64,000 bases of DNA from Schmidtea nova. Its lineage: Eukaryota. The translations under genes were made by a program, and so were the position numbers. Location of the stretch: assembly GCA_044892505.1 (NCBI GenBank), contig CM097883.1, positions 64,108,001 through 64,172,000 of the forward strand, read 5' to 3'. Every line of letters begins with the position of its first letter. Position 1 is the first letter of the stretch. Shown here piece by piece: positions 1 through 12,540 of this stretch. The notes beneath the pieces were generated by a model. It did not search any database. It was not told where the DNA came from and was given only the letters and a program-made list of their open reading frames with translations.

Positions 1-715
1 CAGATCCAGAAATTATCTTTATTTAATTTAAATCTAACTTGTGCATTCATATCACTTTGCAAGTCCACAAGACTTTCTTGCAGTTCGATATTGATATCAG
101 CTGCATTCACACTAAATGGATTAATCACCCAATCTGGAATATTTAAATTAATAATATCAATAAATCTAACTCGCATATCCTCGCGAAGCTATTTCAAATG
201 ATTAATATATATATCCAAATCATCATCTTGTATTTCATTTGAAATTGTGACCAATGATGAAAGTTGCGCTAACTCACGACGACCAATATTTGTTATGAAA
301 AGATTCAGCTTTCCCAAAAAAGCATAAATTACTTTTTTACATGTTATGAGATTACAATTTTTTCCTTGTAACTGTTTGTTTTATAAATTAAGTTTTTCAA
401 ATATATCTGATAAAAAAAATATATCACATTTTACACTAACTAGCTCCTCTCCGAATTCTGCATCTTTCATGAAAGATATAATACTATTCCAAAGCACAAC
501 AAACCGTTTTAAACTATTGCCCTTCGATAACCACCGAACTTCTGTGTGTAATAGGAGGCGCTCAAAGCCTTCCTCATTTTCTTCACATAGTTGTCGGAAG
601 ATGAGATCTCGAAGTGGACTTGATTTAATGAAATTTATTGTTTTTATTACAATATTAAGAGACTCATGAAAACGTCCTCCTAACGTTTTTGCAACCAAAT
701 GTTGACGATGAATTA
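1..715 (-). pseudogene. hAT (Buster/Charlie-type) transposase, C-terminal part; continues past the window start
   Basis: Translation VIHRQHLVAK...LLLHTEVRWLSKGNSLKRF...DIFFLSDIFEKLNL is typical of TcBuster/ZBED5-like transposases. It joins in frame to the CIHC at ~3533 once the 722-3526 insert is removed. Confidence 0.9.
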
Positions 716-721
716 CGCAAT

Positions 722-1364
722 AGTAGGCAGACATGAGGAGCCGGGAACAAAGACATATGCCTTCATCGCGTGTGTGCATCCAATCAAAATCAAGTGACCC
801 CCCCTTTTCTTTTTTTTTACACACACACAGACGATGAGTCATAAAAAAAAATTTTTTTACACACACAGACGATGAGTCATAAAAAATTTTTTTTACACAC
901 ACACACGATGAGTCATAAATTTTTTTTTTACACACACAGGCAATGAGTCATAATTTTTTTTTACACACACAGACGATGAGTCATACAAAAATTTTTTTAC
1001 ACACACACAGACGAGTCATAAATTTTTTTTTTTTTACACACACAGATGATGAGTCATAAAAAATTTTTTTACACACACACAGACGATGAGTCATAATTTT
1101 TTTTTTTACACACACAGACGATGAGTCATAAATTTTTTTAAGGTCAAATTTTGAGGTTACTTTAAGGACATTTTAAGGTCAAATTTTGAGGACACTTTAA
1201 GGACAAGTTAAGGTCAAATTTTGAGGACACTTTAAGGACAAGTTAAGGTCAAGGTCATGCTAAGGTCAATTTTTAAGGTCAAAAATTCAAAAACATAAAA
1301 AACTTAAAATTTTTTAAAAAACATAAAATTTTACAAAACATTTTTTCAAAAACACAAAGTGAGA
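722..1364 (+). repeat. Left terminal inverted repeat with internal tandem arrays
   Basis: Reverse complement of ~2927-3526. Contains ~9 copies of a ~35-bp unit TTTTTACACACACAGACGATGAGTCATAAA and TTAAGGTCAAATTTTGAGGAC repeats. Confidence 0.9.
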
Positions 1365-1609
1365 TGAAGGATATGATGTTCTGGGCTCCAGAACACATAA
1401 ATCTGAAGATCTGGTTGTTCTGCGGCGTGAACCTAAAAGAGGTGATCGCAGAACACAAAAGGAACATGGAAGAGCCTCCAATAAAGTTGGAGTCAATTTG
1501 CTGCACACATTGCAAATGTTGCCCAAATTGGAGGCTCATGAAAGACAAAGAGGAGCTCCTATACCAGTTGGAGAGATGGCATAGGGCCCAAAATGTAGAT
1601 AATCAATAA
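1364..1609 (+). CDS. Small Cys-rich hypothetical ORF (81 aa) inside the TIR element
   Basis: GC-richer than its surroundings, starts at the TIR boundary, has CCTHCKCC and is followed by AATAAA. No recognised family. Confidence 0.3.
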   Translation: MKDMMFWAPEHINLKIWLFCGVNLKEVIAEHKRNMEEPPIKLESICCTHCKCCPNWRLMKDKEELLYQLERWHRAQNVDNQ

Positions 1610-2926
1610 ATTTTTAATTGGTTTTTAATTCGATTTTTTAGTATTTTTTAGTATTTATTTTTGGTAAACATCTTGTTAAATATAAGCGCAAGTATTGCTT
1701 ATGTCGTACATGTATATTTTCTATTATTTCTCTTTAATATTAACCAATTTTACAGAGTTTAATATTAATTTATTTGTATAACTAAAATGATATATACCAC
1801 TTTATGATTGTGTTTACACAATTAAGAAATTTACTATAGAAACTACCTGAAAGTTTGATTAAAATATAAGTATTTTGACATATTAGAAAAATCCAATGAG
1901 TAATTAGTTGAAAATTAATGGTTTTTACACTTGTAAATATTTCTATAATTGAATGTACAGGGCAATAATGGTTGTTGTTTTATCATTTTTCAGTCATTTC
2001 ACAATAATTTAACCCATTTTATATCATCATGAAGTATCTAAAATCATTGATTAATAAATGATTGGGTAATAAATACAGAAATTCTCAATATTCTTTACTA
2101 GTTTATATTAAATTTACTATGAAAATAATAATTAAAATTGATTAATATTTAAGGGAAATGTTAGAAAATATGCATGTTCTTGAATACCACAAGTGTATGA
2201 CACAAGCAATACACGTGCATGTAATTTGCAATCACAGTGATTTATATCAATAATTCAGACTTAAAATGTGATGAGTAACACTGTTATTGAACCCTATTAG
2301 CAGAACATTAATATCAGAACATTGGTATCAAAACATTTTTTGTGATAGATTTTTTCTGCAAAATCATCATCTAATATCTTATTGACAAATAAGTGTATGT
2401 GTGTAAATAATTAGTATATATACCAGTTATTTTTCATTTATATTTTAAAATGTCAAACTTAACATCAAATGGTAAATTTTGATTATTTGTAATTCATCTT
2501 TTAACATTTATTTTAGAAAAACTAATGCAAATTTTAATTAACAAGGCAGGTGAGCTTTATCAATGTCTTTTAAAAGATTTGATATACTGGGCACCGGGAA
2601 TTATACCATTTTGAATATGGATGTCAACCGGAATAGATCTCATGCAAGGTTCATAATCTAGTTTCATTGCAAGATAATTTCTTGTTGATTTTCGTCAACA
2701 CTTTATTGATTGCAACAACAGGAACACCGAATTTCATGATGCATTTCAATCAGTTGAATATACGGATAATGAAAATTGGTTTATTGATATATCCATCCAA
2801 GGATATAAAATCGATCCAAAAGAATCAATGTCTCCAATTTGGAAGATAAAAAGCGCAAGAATTGCATAGTTGGAATAACATTGTTGTCATATATATATGT
2901 GTATTTATTAATAAATGTTGATTAAT

Positions 2927-3526
2927 TCTCACTTTGTGTTTTTGAAAAAATGTTTTGTAAAATTTTATGTTTTTTAAAAAATTTTAAGTTTTTTATGTTT
3001 TTGAATTTTTGACCTTAAAAATTGACCTTAGCATGACCTTGACCTTAACTTGTCCTTAAAGTGTCCTCAAAATTTGACCTTAAAATGTCCTTAAAGTAAC
3101 CTCAAAATTTGACCTTAAAAAAATTTATGACTCATCGTCTGTGTGTGTGTAAAAAAAAATTATGACTCATCGTCTGTGTGTGTGTGTAAAAAAAAATTTA
3201 TGACTCATCATCTGTGTGTGTAAAAAAATTTATGACTCATCTTCTGTGTGTGTGTAAAAAAATTTTTATGACTCATCGTCTGTGTGTGTGTAAAAAAACT
3301 ATGACTCATCGTCTGTGTGTGTGTAAAAAAAATTTTTATGACTCATCGTCTGTGTGTGTAAAAAAAAATTTTTATGACTCATCGTCTGTGTGTGTGTAAA
3401 AAAAAAATTTTTATGACTCATCGTCTGTGTGTGTAAAAAAAAATGGGGGGTCACTTGATTTTGATTGGATGCACACACGCGATGACGTCATATGTCTTTG
3501 TTCCCGGCTCCTCATGTCTGCCTACT
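2927..3526 (-). repeat. Right terminal inverted repeat
   Basis: Mirror of 722-1364 including the tandem arrays. Confidence 0.9.
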
Positions 3527-3532
3527 CGCAAT

Positions 3533-4344
3533 GTATACAAAAAATATTTGGCACATCATTCTTCAGATATGTGATAAATCCTCGATATTTACCAACCATT
3601 GAAGCAGCCCCATCGGTTGCACATGCTAGTATGTGCAAAGGATATTTTTCTCTATAAAAAAAATTTTAACTTCTTGATATATCTTTTCACCTTTTGTGTC
3701 AGTTTTAAGTTTTCTGGCAAAGAGCATTTCTTCAATAAATTTGTCATTATCTTGAAATTTAACATACGCCATTAATAGAGCTTTACTATCACGTATAGAA
3801 GATTCATCTAATAGCAGGGCAAACTTCTTAACTTGAAAATGAGCAATTAGTTGTTTTTCCACATCATCTGCCATTTCATCGATACGCCTTGATACTGAAG
3901 AATTGCTCAAAGGAATGACTTGAGTAATTGCATTTGGGTTCTGATTCATGACCCTTGAAATAACAATAGACACTGATGGCAAAATCAAAGATTCAACAAT
4001 AGTATGTTCTCTTCCAACTTTTGAATTAACTGCGAAATCTCATAAGAAGCAATTAATCCATTGTCAATCATCGATTACTTTTCATTAAATAGTTGTAAAA
4101 TTATTTTTCTTGATCGAAAATCATCTCGAAGTTTTTAAAAAAATTCAACTGGCTTGTCTTTTTTGTCTTCATGTGTAGTTTCTAAATGTTTTGGTAATTT
4201 GCATGGTCGCATACTCTCGTTTGATAATACAGCCATACACAATAAACACATAGGCTTTTTAATATCTACTGTCGAATGAATAAATCCATACGCGAGATAA
4301 TCGATAGAATATTGTCGACATTTTTTTTTAGTCTCTCTACTCAT
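3533..4344 (-). pseudogene. hAT (Buster/Charlie-type) transposase, N-terminal part (frameshifted)
   Basis: BED finger (CLLC...KHLETTH), catalytic LDES, then ACATDGAASMVG and CIHC in shifted frames. Confidence 0.9.
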
Positions 4345-4908
4345 GGTTATCTAAAAAAATATTTTTATTTTAATAAAATTTGCTATTAAAGTGATTTAAA
4401 AAATCTCATTGATCTTGAATTACATATGCATACATATCTAATAAGAAAAAACTTATGTAATAAGAACATTACAATAAAGATAAAATCGCAAATTTATAAA
4501 AACTTACAATTTGAAGAAAATTATAATTCACTGTTGAAAGATCGAATTGTTCTACGTCTAAACTCAAAAAGTGTCAAAACTTGACTAACAATAACAAGAA
4601 TGTGCTTTGCGAACACGTGCAAGATTCAACTTGTCTTTGTTTACTCAATACAAACGCACAGTCAAAAGAAACAAATATATTTAATATTATATTACCTGTA
4701 TGTATTATAATTATTATATTTAATTATATGAATGGTGTGACAACTAAATCTTTCTGACTCAATTTTTTCAATTTAATTTACTTATAATATTTTATTATTT
4801 AGTTTTAGCTGTGGCCCCCTAGAGTTTGCTATGGCTCCCCAAAAGTTTATTTTTGACCCGTGGCCCCCTTGAAAATTCTGTGGCCCCCAGGGGGGCCATA
4901 TGGCCCCA

Positions 4909-4923
4909 GGTTGAGAATCGCTG
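4909..4923 (-). repeat. hAT 5-prime terminal inverted repeat
   Basis: CAGCGATTCTCAACC on the minus strand, with subterminal GGCCCC repeats. Flanked by GTCTACAG, matching the Buster NNNTANNN target preference. Confidence 0.75.
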
Positions 4924-7151
4924 GTCTACAGGTTTCAAGAGGAGAGAGTTAATTTTATGCTGCTCATTGGCGGTTGAGTGAATTGCTAAAGTATTATATA
5001 GATAATTTATTACACCACTGGCAGCGCCAATAATATTATTAATAATATTTATAAATACTAATAAATTGAAATAATAAAATGACCCTCATTACCGGACATG
5101 AACCAATAATCATTTACATAAAATACTTGGAACTTCATTGGATGTGCAAATAAATGTAATTTTTCTTATTATAGTCAAGTTAAATTAAATATTAAGTTAG
5201 ATTTTCTTAATTAACTAATTTAATAACTTATACAATATTCTATAATTTATTATAACAAAGTTTCTAATGTGATATTCAATCCGATTTCTAATGGCAGACG
5301 CGTTATGAGTTTATTTGGCTCTCATCAATGTCATATGAAAAACTCGGTCCCATTCGGAATTGGTAACCCAATGATAATTATTTTGGCCAGACCCCAGCTA
5401 TATTTGACAACCCCTTCCCCAAGCTACATCAAATATTGCAATTTCTGTACCGCTCTCATTAAATGTAAATAAATACGTTTGGTATCTTACAAACTTTGCA
5501 CGTGAGCAACTAATTTCATCCATTTATCACCATAACTCGATCCTTACAATAATAAAAATGATATTTATTTGCACATTCAGTGAATTTATAGTTCTGCACC
5601 CCCTCTTCCCATCTGGATAACTACTGTCATGTCCAACTGCTTTCATTATTACAATTATCACAAATTCTTTTAACAATTTTATTTCTTACAAATCTTCAGA
5701 ATCATTGTCTTTGTAATTCTCTTTGACAGGAAAATGCCGCTTTGACAAAAGATTTTGAATTAATTTTTGCATAGACTATAAACAATTGAAAAATGTTAGC
5801 ATCAATTTTCCAAAAATGTAATCTCTTCACTTGAGCATATTCTCTATCTGCTGCCGCTTTTTGTTTGCAGAACTGCCTATTTAAACAATTATTTTCTTAG
5901 TTATCGATGGTCTATTACCGAATATCTTCGATTAAATCTGTATCGGATAAATGCTTTTTCTGGAGATCAGTGAAATGTTCATTCTGGATTTGTTTGAGGA
6001 GAATTAACGGTTTTGGTGTCTATATTTTATTAGTTTTAATATATATTTCAAAATTGTAATTGAATAAAAAGACTGCAACGTAAAGTTACCTTTTTTATAG
6101 TTTGAATAGACATGTGATAATATCTTTAAAATTCTCTAATTTATTTTTATTTTAAAAAATACTATGTATAATTATTAATAAATGTTCTTAAATTTAATAG
6201 AGTTTATTTCTAATTATTTTAAAATAAATACATTCAAAATAAATATTATAATAATATGATAAATTTAATTAAGAAAAACAAATGAATCGAATATTTCAAT
6301 TTAAAGGTTATATTTTTTTCTCTTTTAAACAACATATTTTCAAATTGTCAAATATAAACTTAATAATACGATTAAAATTGTGTATATTTTTTAAATACTG
6401 TGATTATAATTTAAAACCTTAATAATAAAAGAAATTGTAAGTAATGAGAGTGTTCGCGAACAAGGTCATATACAATTCCAAATAAAACTTCGAAGAATTA
6501 TGTGAACATTTATAATTCTAATTCCACGCAGCGATAGGATGTCTCGCTTTAGCTTGATTCCATGCAAAGAGTGAATACTCGTATCAACTAATAGAAATGA
6601 AAACTTTTTTTCGTCATTGGGCTGGTAGAAGCAAAATTATTGATTTTTTAGAGTCTCAAATACGCACGCACCACAATTGGATAATTTGAAATTTATGAAA
6701 AGATTATAATAATACAATTTAAAGTATAGTATAAACTTGAAAAAGTTTTGGGTAGTATGGGCTGTTACGAAATTATTGTCGGTCTCTAGGGATTAATTCG
6801 ACCCACACCTCATCATAAATGTTAACTACCTCACTCGTGCAGTCATAGTTACTCCTTGGTATTATGTTGATAATGTACCCGATAGCGAGAATCTATTGAG
6901 CAGGTGAGCTTCGTTTCCAAAAATTCTTTTCACTATATTTTCTTATGCGGATTCTTGATGTCGATAGAAGTTGTGGATTGTTGACTTTTGAAAATTTCAA
7001 TAGGTAGTATATTCGTGTAATAAGAAAATTTGTTGAGCCCTGTAGAGTCTCCTTTAAAAATATTAACTGTCTTGGGATAGCTGGGGTGAATGTTGTGTAT
7101 GTGTATGAATATGTCTGTGTGTCTGACAATTAACTAAAGTATAACCAAATA

Positions 7152-7290
7152 NNNNNNNNNNNNNNNNNNNNNNNNNNNNNNNNNNNNNNNNNNNNNNNNN
7201 NNNNNNNNNNNNNNNNNNNNNNNNNNNNNNNNNNNNNNNNNNNNNNNNNNNNNNNNNNNNNNNNNNNNNNNNNNNNNNNNNNNNNNNNNN
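7152..7290. other. Assembly gap (N run)
   Basis: Run of N. Confidence 1.
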
Positions 7291-8149
7291 ACTGGGGATG
7301 AATAGTCAAATAAACTAACAATAATTAATTCTTTATTTTTCTTTAATCGAATCTTCTCGTCAGTTACTTTTTTACTCTTTCTGTAATCGTTCTTTTCTTC
7401 TGTCATTTTCAATTTTGTTCTCCTGGTTTTTAAGTTATCAATAATTTTTTCTCTATAGTAATAATTTTTTATTTACTAATTGTTCGAAACTAAACAGTTT
7501 TCCCGATTTCATAATAGCTACACTAGTATCTAATTTGTTATTTTTGTTATAATTTTTTTTTGATTAATTTTTAAATTTTTAACTAAAAATTAATATTATC
7601 ATTTTCTTTATAAATTTACCAAACCGTCAAAATGATAAAAATAATAAAAGGGAGGTCACCCTGTGTCCGAAAGAATGCCCGCGATAACGAATAGTACGAT
7701 TACCAATCATTTTTTAAAGATTATAATAATAAACATAGGAATAATAATAACGATAAGAATAAGAATACAGCCTAAACATAATTTCTCCCTTTAAAACCGG
7801 AGGTTAAAATATTTTCAAAAAAAAGAAATCTATACATATTTCAACTTTTGTGTTGTCTTATATGTTTATGTACTATATTATACAACTCGCGATAAAAATA
7901 TAAGAATGTACAAAAATATAAAAATGTTTGTACTTGCTGTTTTGATTGCGTGTCTTCTTGTGGTGTGTCATTTGAAACAGTCACTTATTGTTTTTTGTAT
8001 GGAGTGATTAATGCATTTTTGTCGAATTCTTTTATTGTGTTTTTGCTGTTGAAAATTATGTATTTTGTCTTTGTTTGCGTTTTACTATGTGAGGGGTTGC
8101 ATGGGGGTTTTGATTGTGGTGAAATGGTTTCGTCCTTCGCATATTTATT

Positions 8150-9280
8150 CTTATTTTGTTATTGTTTTTGATTATTGTAGCCACATTTTTGTTAATTTCG
8201 AGTAGTTTGAGTGGATCTTTGTATTTGACTTCGAAAAATTTTGCATATGATTTTTTTTAAGTAAGTAGTCGGTTGTTAATGTTATTTTGCCATCGTTCTC
8301 TGAATTTGGTCTAGTTTTCAATATTTCTGTGAGATAATAAGATAATTCAAATATTTATTCATTCAATAAATCTACTTATTTAAACAACTTTATTTTCTTT
8401 TATAAATCATTTTTTTAAATTATTCTTCTTTATACAATTTCTTTTGGTTTGTTTTCTATGTTTTCAATGTATTTTGTTAAAATTTTTTTTTTATTTGTTA
8501 CTACGTTATTTCTTATGTTTGTTTTGAGTGAATGTAGGTTTGAATCTCTGACGAAAACTTTGTATATGGGACTTTCATTGTCGATTAAATTCGGTGTTTT
8601 TCTTATACCCAGTAAGATTGTCAGAAGTTGAGTAAATTAATTTCTGTCGTATGCTTTTGTTTTGATAGTTTCTTAAAGTGTTTTGTGCAGTTTCTCGATT
8701 TTTCCTTTGCTTGTGGGTCGTAAGCAGTTGTTTTATATTGTATTTTATACAGAGTACTGAATAGTTCTGATTCTGAGTGTTTCCATTGGTCCTTTATCAG
8801 TATTTTTGGTTGACCGTAGTGAGCTATCCAATTGGACTCAATGTTGCTACAAATGTTTTGTGCAGATATTTCTTTTAGCGGGATTATTTCAAACCAGTTT
8901 GTTTTCTTATTTATTATTGTTAGTAGAAATTTTAATTTTCTTTGGAGATAATGGTCCTACTATGTCTATGTGTATTGTTTCGATAGATTGATTACTCGGG
9001 AAGTTTACTTTTTGGGGGTATTAATTGGTTAGATTTAATTTGTTCTTTTTCAAATAATTCGCTGAATTCGAGTGCATTTATGTCATTTTCTATTCTTGAT
9101 ACATTATCTGCTGCTATATTTGCGGCTCCAGCGATATAATTGATAGTAAAATTAAATTTTGATATATAATTTAATTGTCTAATTTGTCTTGGTAATGGGT
9201 TTTTCAGTTGTATTGTGTTTGTTAGTGGCTTGTTGTCTGTATAGATTTTGAAGTTTCTTGCTTCCAGTAAATGTTGGAAG
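8150..9280 (-). pseudogene. Degenerate Ty3/Gypsy pol remnant (RNase H C-terminus and integrase); target of the giant element
   Basis: QHLLEARNFKIYTDNKPL...YIAGAANIAADNVSR (RNase H); IHIDIVGPL and GKIEKLHKTL (integrase) with many stops. Confidence 0.85.
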
Positions 9281-9668
9281 TGCTGGTGTGTTGGTTGGAT
9301 TGACAACTGAGATCCTTAGGATTTTATATGTTAGGGTGATCTCGCCAACATAAAAACATTCCCCCGCTGACACCCATGATGTATCCCTAACTACTCATCA
9401 TGTTGGTGCTGTGTCAACGTTGTGAAATGACAAGGCAGGTGAGCAACCTTTCGGCTACTATTCCCTTGTTTATTCACGGGTCCACCACTACCGATAGAAG
9501 GTGTTTGTGGTTTTCTTTCGGTCCCACTTATGCTCTTTTCTTTTGTCCTAGGGTTGATTCGATGTTATCATATCTGCAGACTTAAAATGAACCAGGTTTT
9601 TGTTACTTTTAATTCTCATACATGCGTCAAACAAACAAGACAAATCAAAATCATTCATTTATATACAT

Positions 9669-10250
9669 TTATTTATAGTTCAACAGTACAGAGGGTCTAA
9701 TCACATTTAGTAATTCTTGCTCAGAGAGACCACTAAGCAAGTCTACCTCTATCCCTACGCGATCGGCATACGCACGTCTTTCCCTGCGCCTTTTCGCTCC
9801 CAAGCGATTCCTTCTCTTCGTTCGTTTTGAACCTGCTGGCATTGTAGCTGTCACTGCATTAACTGTAGCTTCGGTCGATGTGTTCTCCGTTTGGGTGCTC
9901 GTAGTCACCGCTATCGTGCTTATCCATCGATTAAAGGTGCTTGCTCTGATCACGGGGCGTAATTGCTCAGCGATGAAATCCTGGGTCGACACCTTCAAAT
10001 AATTGGTCAACTCCAATTTCAGGGCTGCGATTTCTCGTGCTTGTTCATCGATCGTTCGTTCCGCTCTGTATCGGGCTTGTAAGATGGCTTTAACCCTCTC
10101 AGGATTAAACCATGTTGTCTTAATTCGCTGGTGCTCCTCATTCAGTTGTCTCAAGCGACTCTCGAGGACACGAGATCGTGCTCTATGTTCGCGTGCCTCT
10201 TGCTTGTATTTTCGATTGGGATTTTCGTCCATATCTGAGTAATGTATCAT
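9669..10250 (-). CDS. LTR-encoded ORF B (193 aa): coiled coil plus basic NLS-like tract
   Basis: Long ORF with coiled-coil heptads and KRTKRRNRLGAKRRRERR. Acceptor-like TTACTCAG before MDEN; AATAAA at the stop. Confidence 0.6.
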   Translation of the reverse strand: MIHYSDMDENPNRKYKQEAREHRARSRVLESRLRQLNEEHQRIKTTWFNPERVKAILQARYRAERTIDEQAREIAALKLELTNYLKVSTQDFIAEQLRPVIRASTFNRWISTIAVTTSTQTENTSTEATVNAVTATMPAGSKRTKRRNRLGAKRRRERRAYADRVGIEVDLLSGLSEQELLNVIRPSVLLNYK

Positions 10251-10427
10251 TAACTAGGGTATATATGCATTGTTTGGTTTCTCAGTCATCATTTTATGGT
10301 TAAACAACTGCATTCCTATCCTTACTCATTCCTCATGCATCCCAAATCAAAACAAAAACCCTTTTAAATGGATACATATATTTGCAATTTACAACAGATA
10401 TTCGTTTATTGGGTGTTGTCCTCGTGA

Positions 10428-11063
10428 TCAATTGTATGGTCGTAACTCTTGGTTGGCCGGGTTCTCGTCTCGGCGAATCCCTGTTTCATGGTAGAGTTCC
10501 GGGGCTGGATTCCAACTCAGTTGGTTTTGATAAATGAACACCTCCCAGAGGCGAAGGTCTTTGGGCTCGGGGTGTTGATCCACGGAAACACTGCCTGGGG
10601 CGTTCGGGTAAACGAAGACTTCCCCAGTGTCACCACACCGAGGCCTGTCTAGCAGCAAATACCCGAGTTGGCCGAATGCCTGCCCGGTCATCATTCCGGT
10701 GCTTAGTACCCAACGGGGTTGTTGTGTTTCATCTACAAATTGATAGAACCATCTTTCGTATCCATCTTTGGTGGGGTTCGGGGAGGGCGTCCAATTTACA
10801 TCACCTTCCCACCTCAGCTGTAGTTGGAATGCACAGGCGGGAAAACTTGCCGCGGTGCTCATATGGGTCCTTGTCCATCGACGCAGGTGTCTGCGAGCGG
10901 AGTTGAAAATTTGGCGTGGGGCCTCCTTCTCTCCTTGAATTTCGGTAGGTAACTTTGGCGTGATGACGGAGCGGATGCGCCGTTTCCTCCGTAGAATGTA
11001 CTCCTCTAATTTGACGGTTAGGGGTCCTACCGGCTCCTTTATGAGATATTCTGTTTTCGTCAT
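10428..11063 (-). CDS. LTR-encoded ORF A (211 aa), unknown globular protein
   Basis: GC-rich ORF preceded by TTCCATTTCAG|AGCGAC-ATG and followed by AATAAA. Confidence 0.6.
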   Translation of the reverse strand: MTKTEYLIKEPVGPLTVKLEEYILRRKRRIRSVITPKLPTEIQGEKEAPRQIFNSARRHLRRWTRTHMSTAASFPACAFQLQLRWEGDVNWTPSPNPTKDGYERWFYQFVDETQQPRWVLSTGMMTGQAFGQLGYLLLDRPRCGDTGEVFVYPNAPGSVSVDQHPEPKDLRLWEVFIYQNQLSWNPAPELYHETGIRRDENPANQELRPYN

Positions 11064-12522
11064 GTCGCTCTGAAATGGAATTTTAGGTTAACTGACAGAC
11101 TCTATCATCGACCATCGATATTTATGTCGATCAACCTACTTGGTTTATCGTTCTATTAGCCGTAGGCCTTAGTGGTTCGCATATAATTTACTAGACCATT
11201 GATCGCGGTGTTCATGTAGGTGGTGATTTTACTTGGGTGAGTTGATTCACTCCGCAATTGCAGTTGGTTTTAGCCACGCTCATTTAGGCTTGTTATTTAC
11301 AATCATACTTTACGTTACATTAAATTTCTCATCAATCATTTTCATGCATTTAACATGGTTCATTTACAGATCATCATCAGCAACTATCAAGGTTCACGTC
11401 ACGGGGAAAATTTAGTAATCCCTTTGTCAACTACTTTGTGGAGAAATGCACTAATTTTATCTACTGTCGGGTCTGACTTTTCATGCCCTTCGTGGGTTAT
11501 AGGTATATGTCTGACAGCTCATTCGGTTCGCTACTGCCCTTAGTGCTAATGTCTTTTTGACCGCGATGTTACGCTTTACCTATCTCGATTCTCATCGACT
11601 TCTGATGTACCAGCACTCCTTGAAGGTACACTCCTTCGTCCAGATACCTCATGCATGTATCTCCCCTTGCGAAATAAGCTTTACCTTGATTTGATTTATG
11701 ACCATTAGCTGTCACTCGATACCCTATCATCATGATATAAAGTGTTGATACTAGGCCGTCTCATCCTTGATTTGGTTCATGATCATTATGGCTTATTCGA
11801 TACCCTATGTGCATTTACCCCTTCCGCTTTCCAAATATTTAGTACACTTATAGTCCCGCCGCATCAGCACCTCACAACCGAAAGATTGTGTTGCGCTGAG
11901 AGGCCCCGAGAATCCGTCAGGCTGTTAGGCCTCCGGAAAACCTTATTGATTTTATTATGGTTAACAATTAAAATTATGAGGGTTAGACACATCAATAACA
12001 TAACACCAAATTACCTTTTATTTCCTTTCCAAATTCGTTTCACAATGATCTCAGTAGTCACAAACAGTTCACACTTGGTAAAGATAACATTGTCAAATAC
12101 TGATTTTACTTCAGTATTTATACTGAACCGGTGTTGTTGGTTAGCCAATCAGCATCGAGTATGTGTGTATGTTTGCTTCATTTTTTATGTTGTCGGCTTT
12201 TTGCTGCCTAACTTAACTCGCCGATTTGTTTGGTTAATCATGCGGTAAGTTTATTTTTTGTACGATTTAATTTTTATTTGATTTTGCTTTAGGTCTTCGG
12301 TGACATCCGCCCACGCGCTGTCATATTCCAATTTTATCTGCTTCGCATGAGTGAGTTTTGAAGATTTTTGTTGTTTTGATTAATATGTTATTTCTTTTAG
12401 ATGTTGCCGCCTATTTTGTTACGCTTTGGTGTTGGTAATTTATTTTGTTGTTATTCTGTGTTTAATTTATTTTATTGATTGTACATTATTTTCAGATGCT
12501 GCTCGATTTGGCTGGCCCAACA

Positions 12523-12540
12523 TCACTCGGGGTCCCCTAA
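12523..12540 (-). promoter_or_regulatory. Atypical polypurine-tract position
   Basis: TTAGGGGACCCCGAGTGA abuts the 3-prime LTR. It is purine-rich but interrupted by CCCC. Confidence 0.45.

Larger units (their letters stand above)
722..3526. mobile_element. Non-autonomous Polinton/Maverick-type TIR element (2.8 kb)
   Basis: Termini AGTAGGCAGACATGAGG...CCTCATGTCTGCCTACT, ~600-640-bp inverted repeats, 6-bp TSD CGCAAT (716-721 and 3527-3532). AG..CT ends with a 6-bp TSD are Polinton hallmarks. Confidence 0.8.
9281..12522 (-). repeat. 3-prime LTR
   Basis: Direct repeat of 35392-38633. All ORF-track translations in the two copies are identical. Confidence 0.97.

Noticed and set aside
381-935. 184-aa ORF as a real gene
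   Set aside because: Chimera: the N-terminus is translated TIR tandem repeat and only the C-terminus is hAT transposase.
3214-3657. Cys/Lys-rich short ORFs
   Set aside because: Translations of the TIR tandem repeat.
11742-12248. 168-aa plus-strand LTR ORF as a protein
   Set aside because: No recognisable motif. It ends at a splice donor and the spliced continuation stops after ~19 codons. Kept only as part of the antisense-splicing finding.
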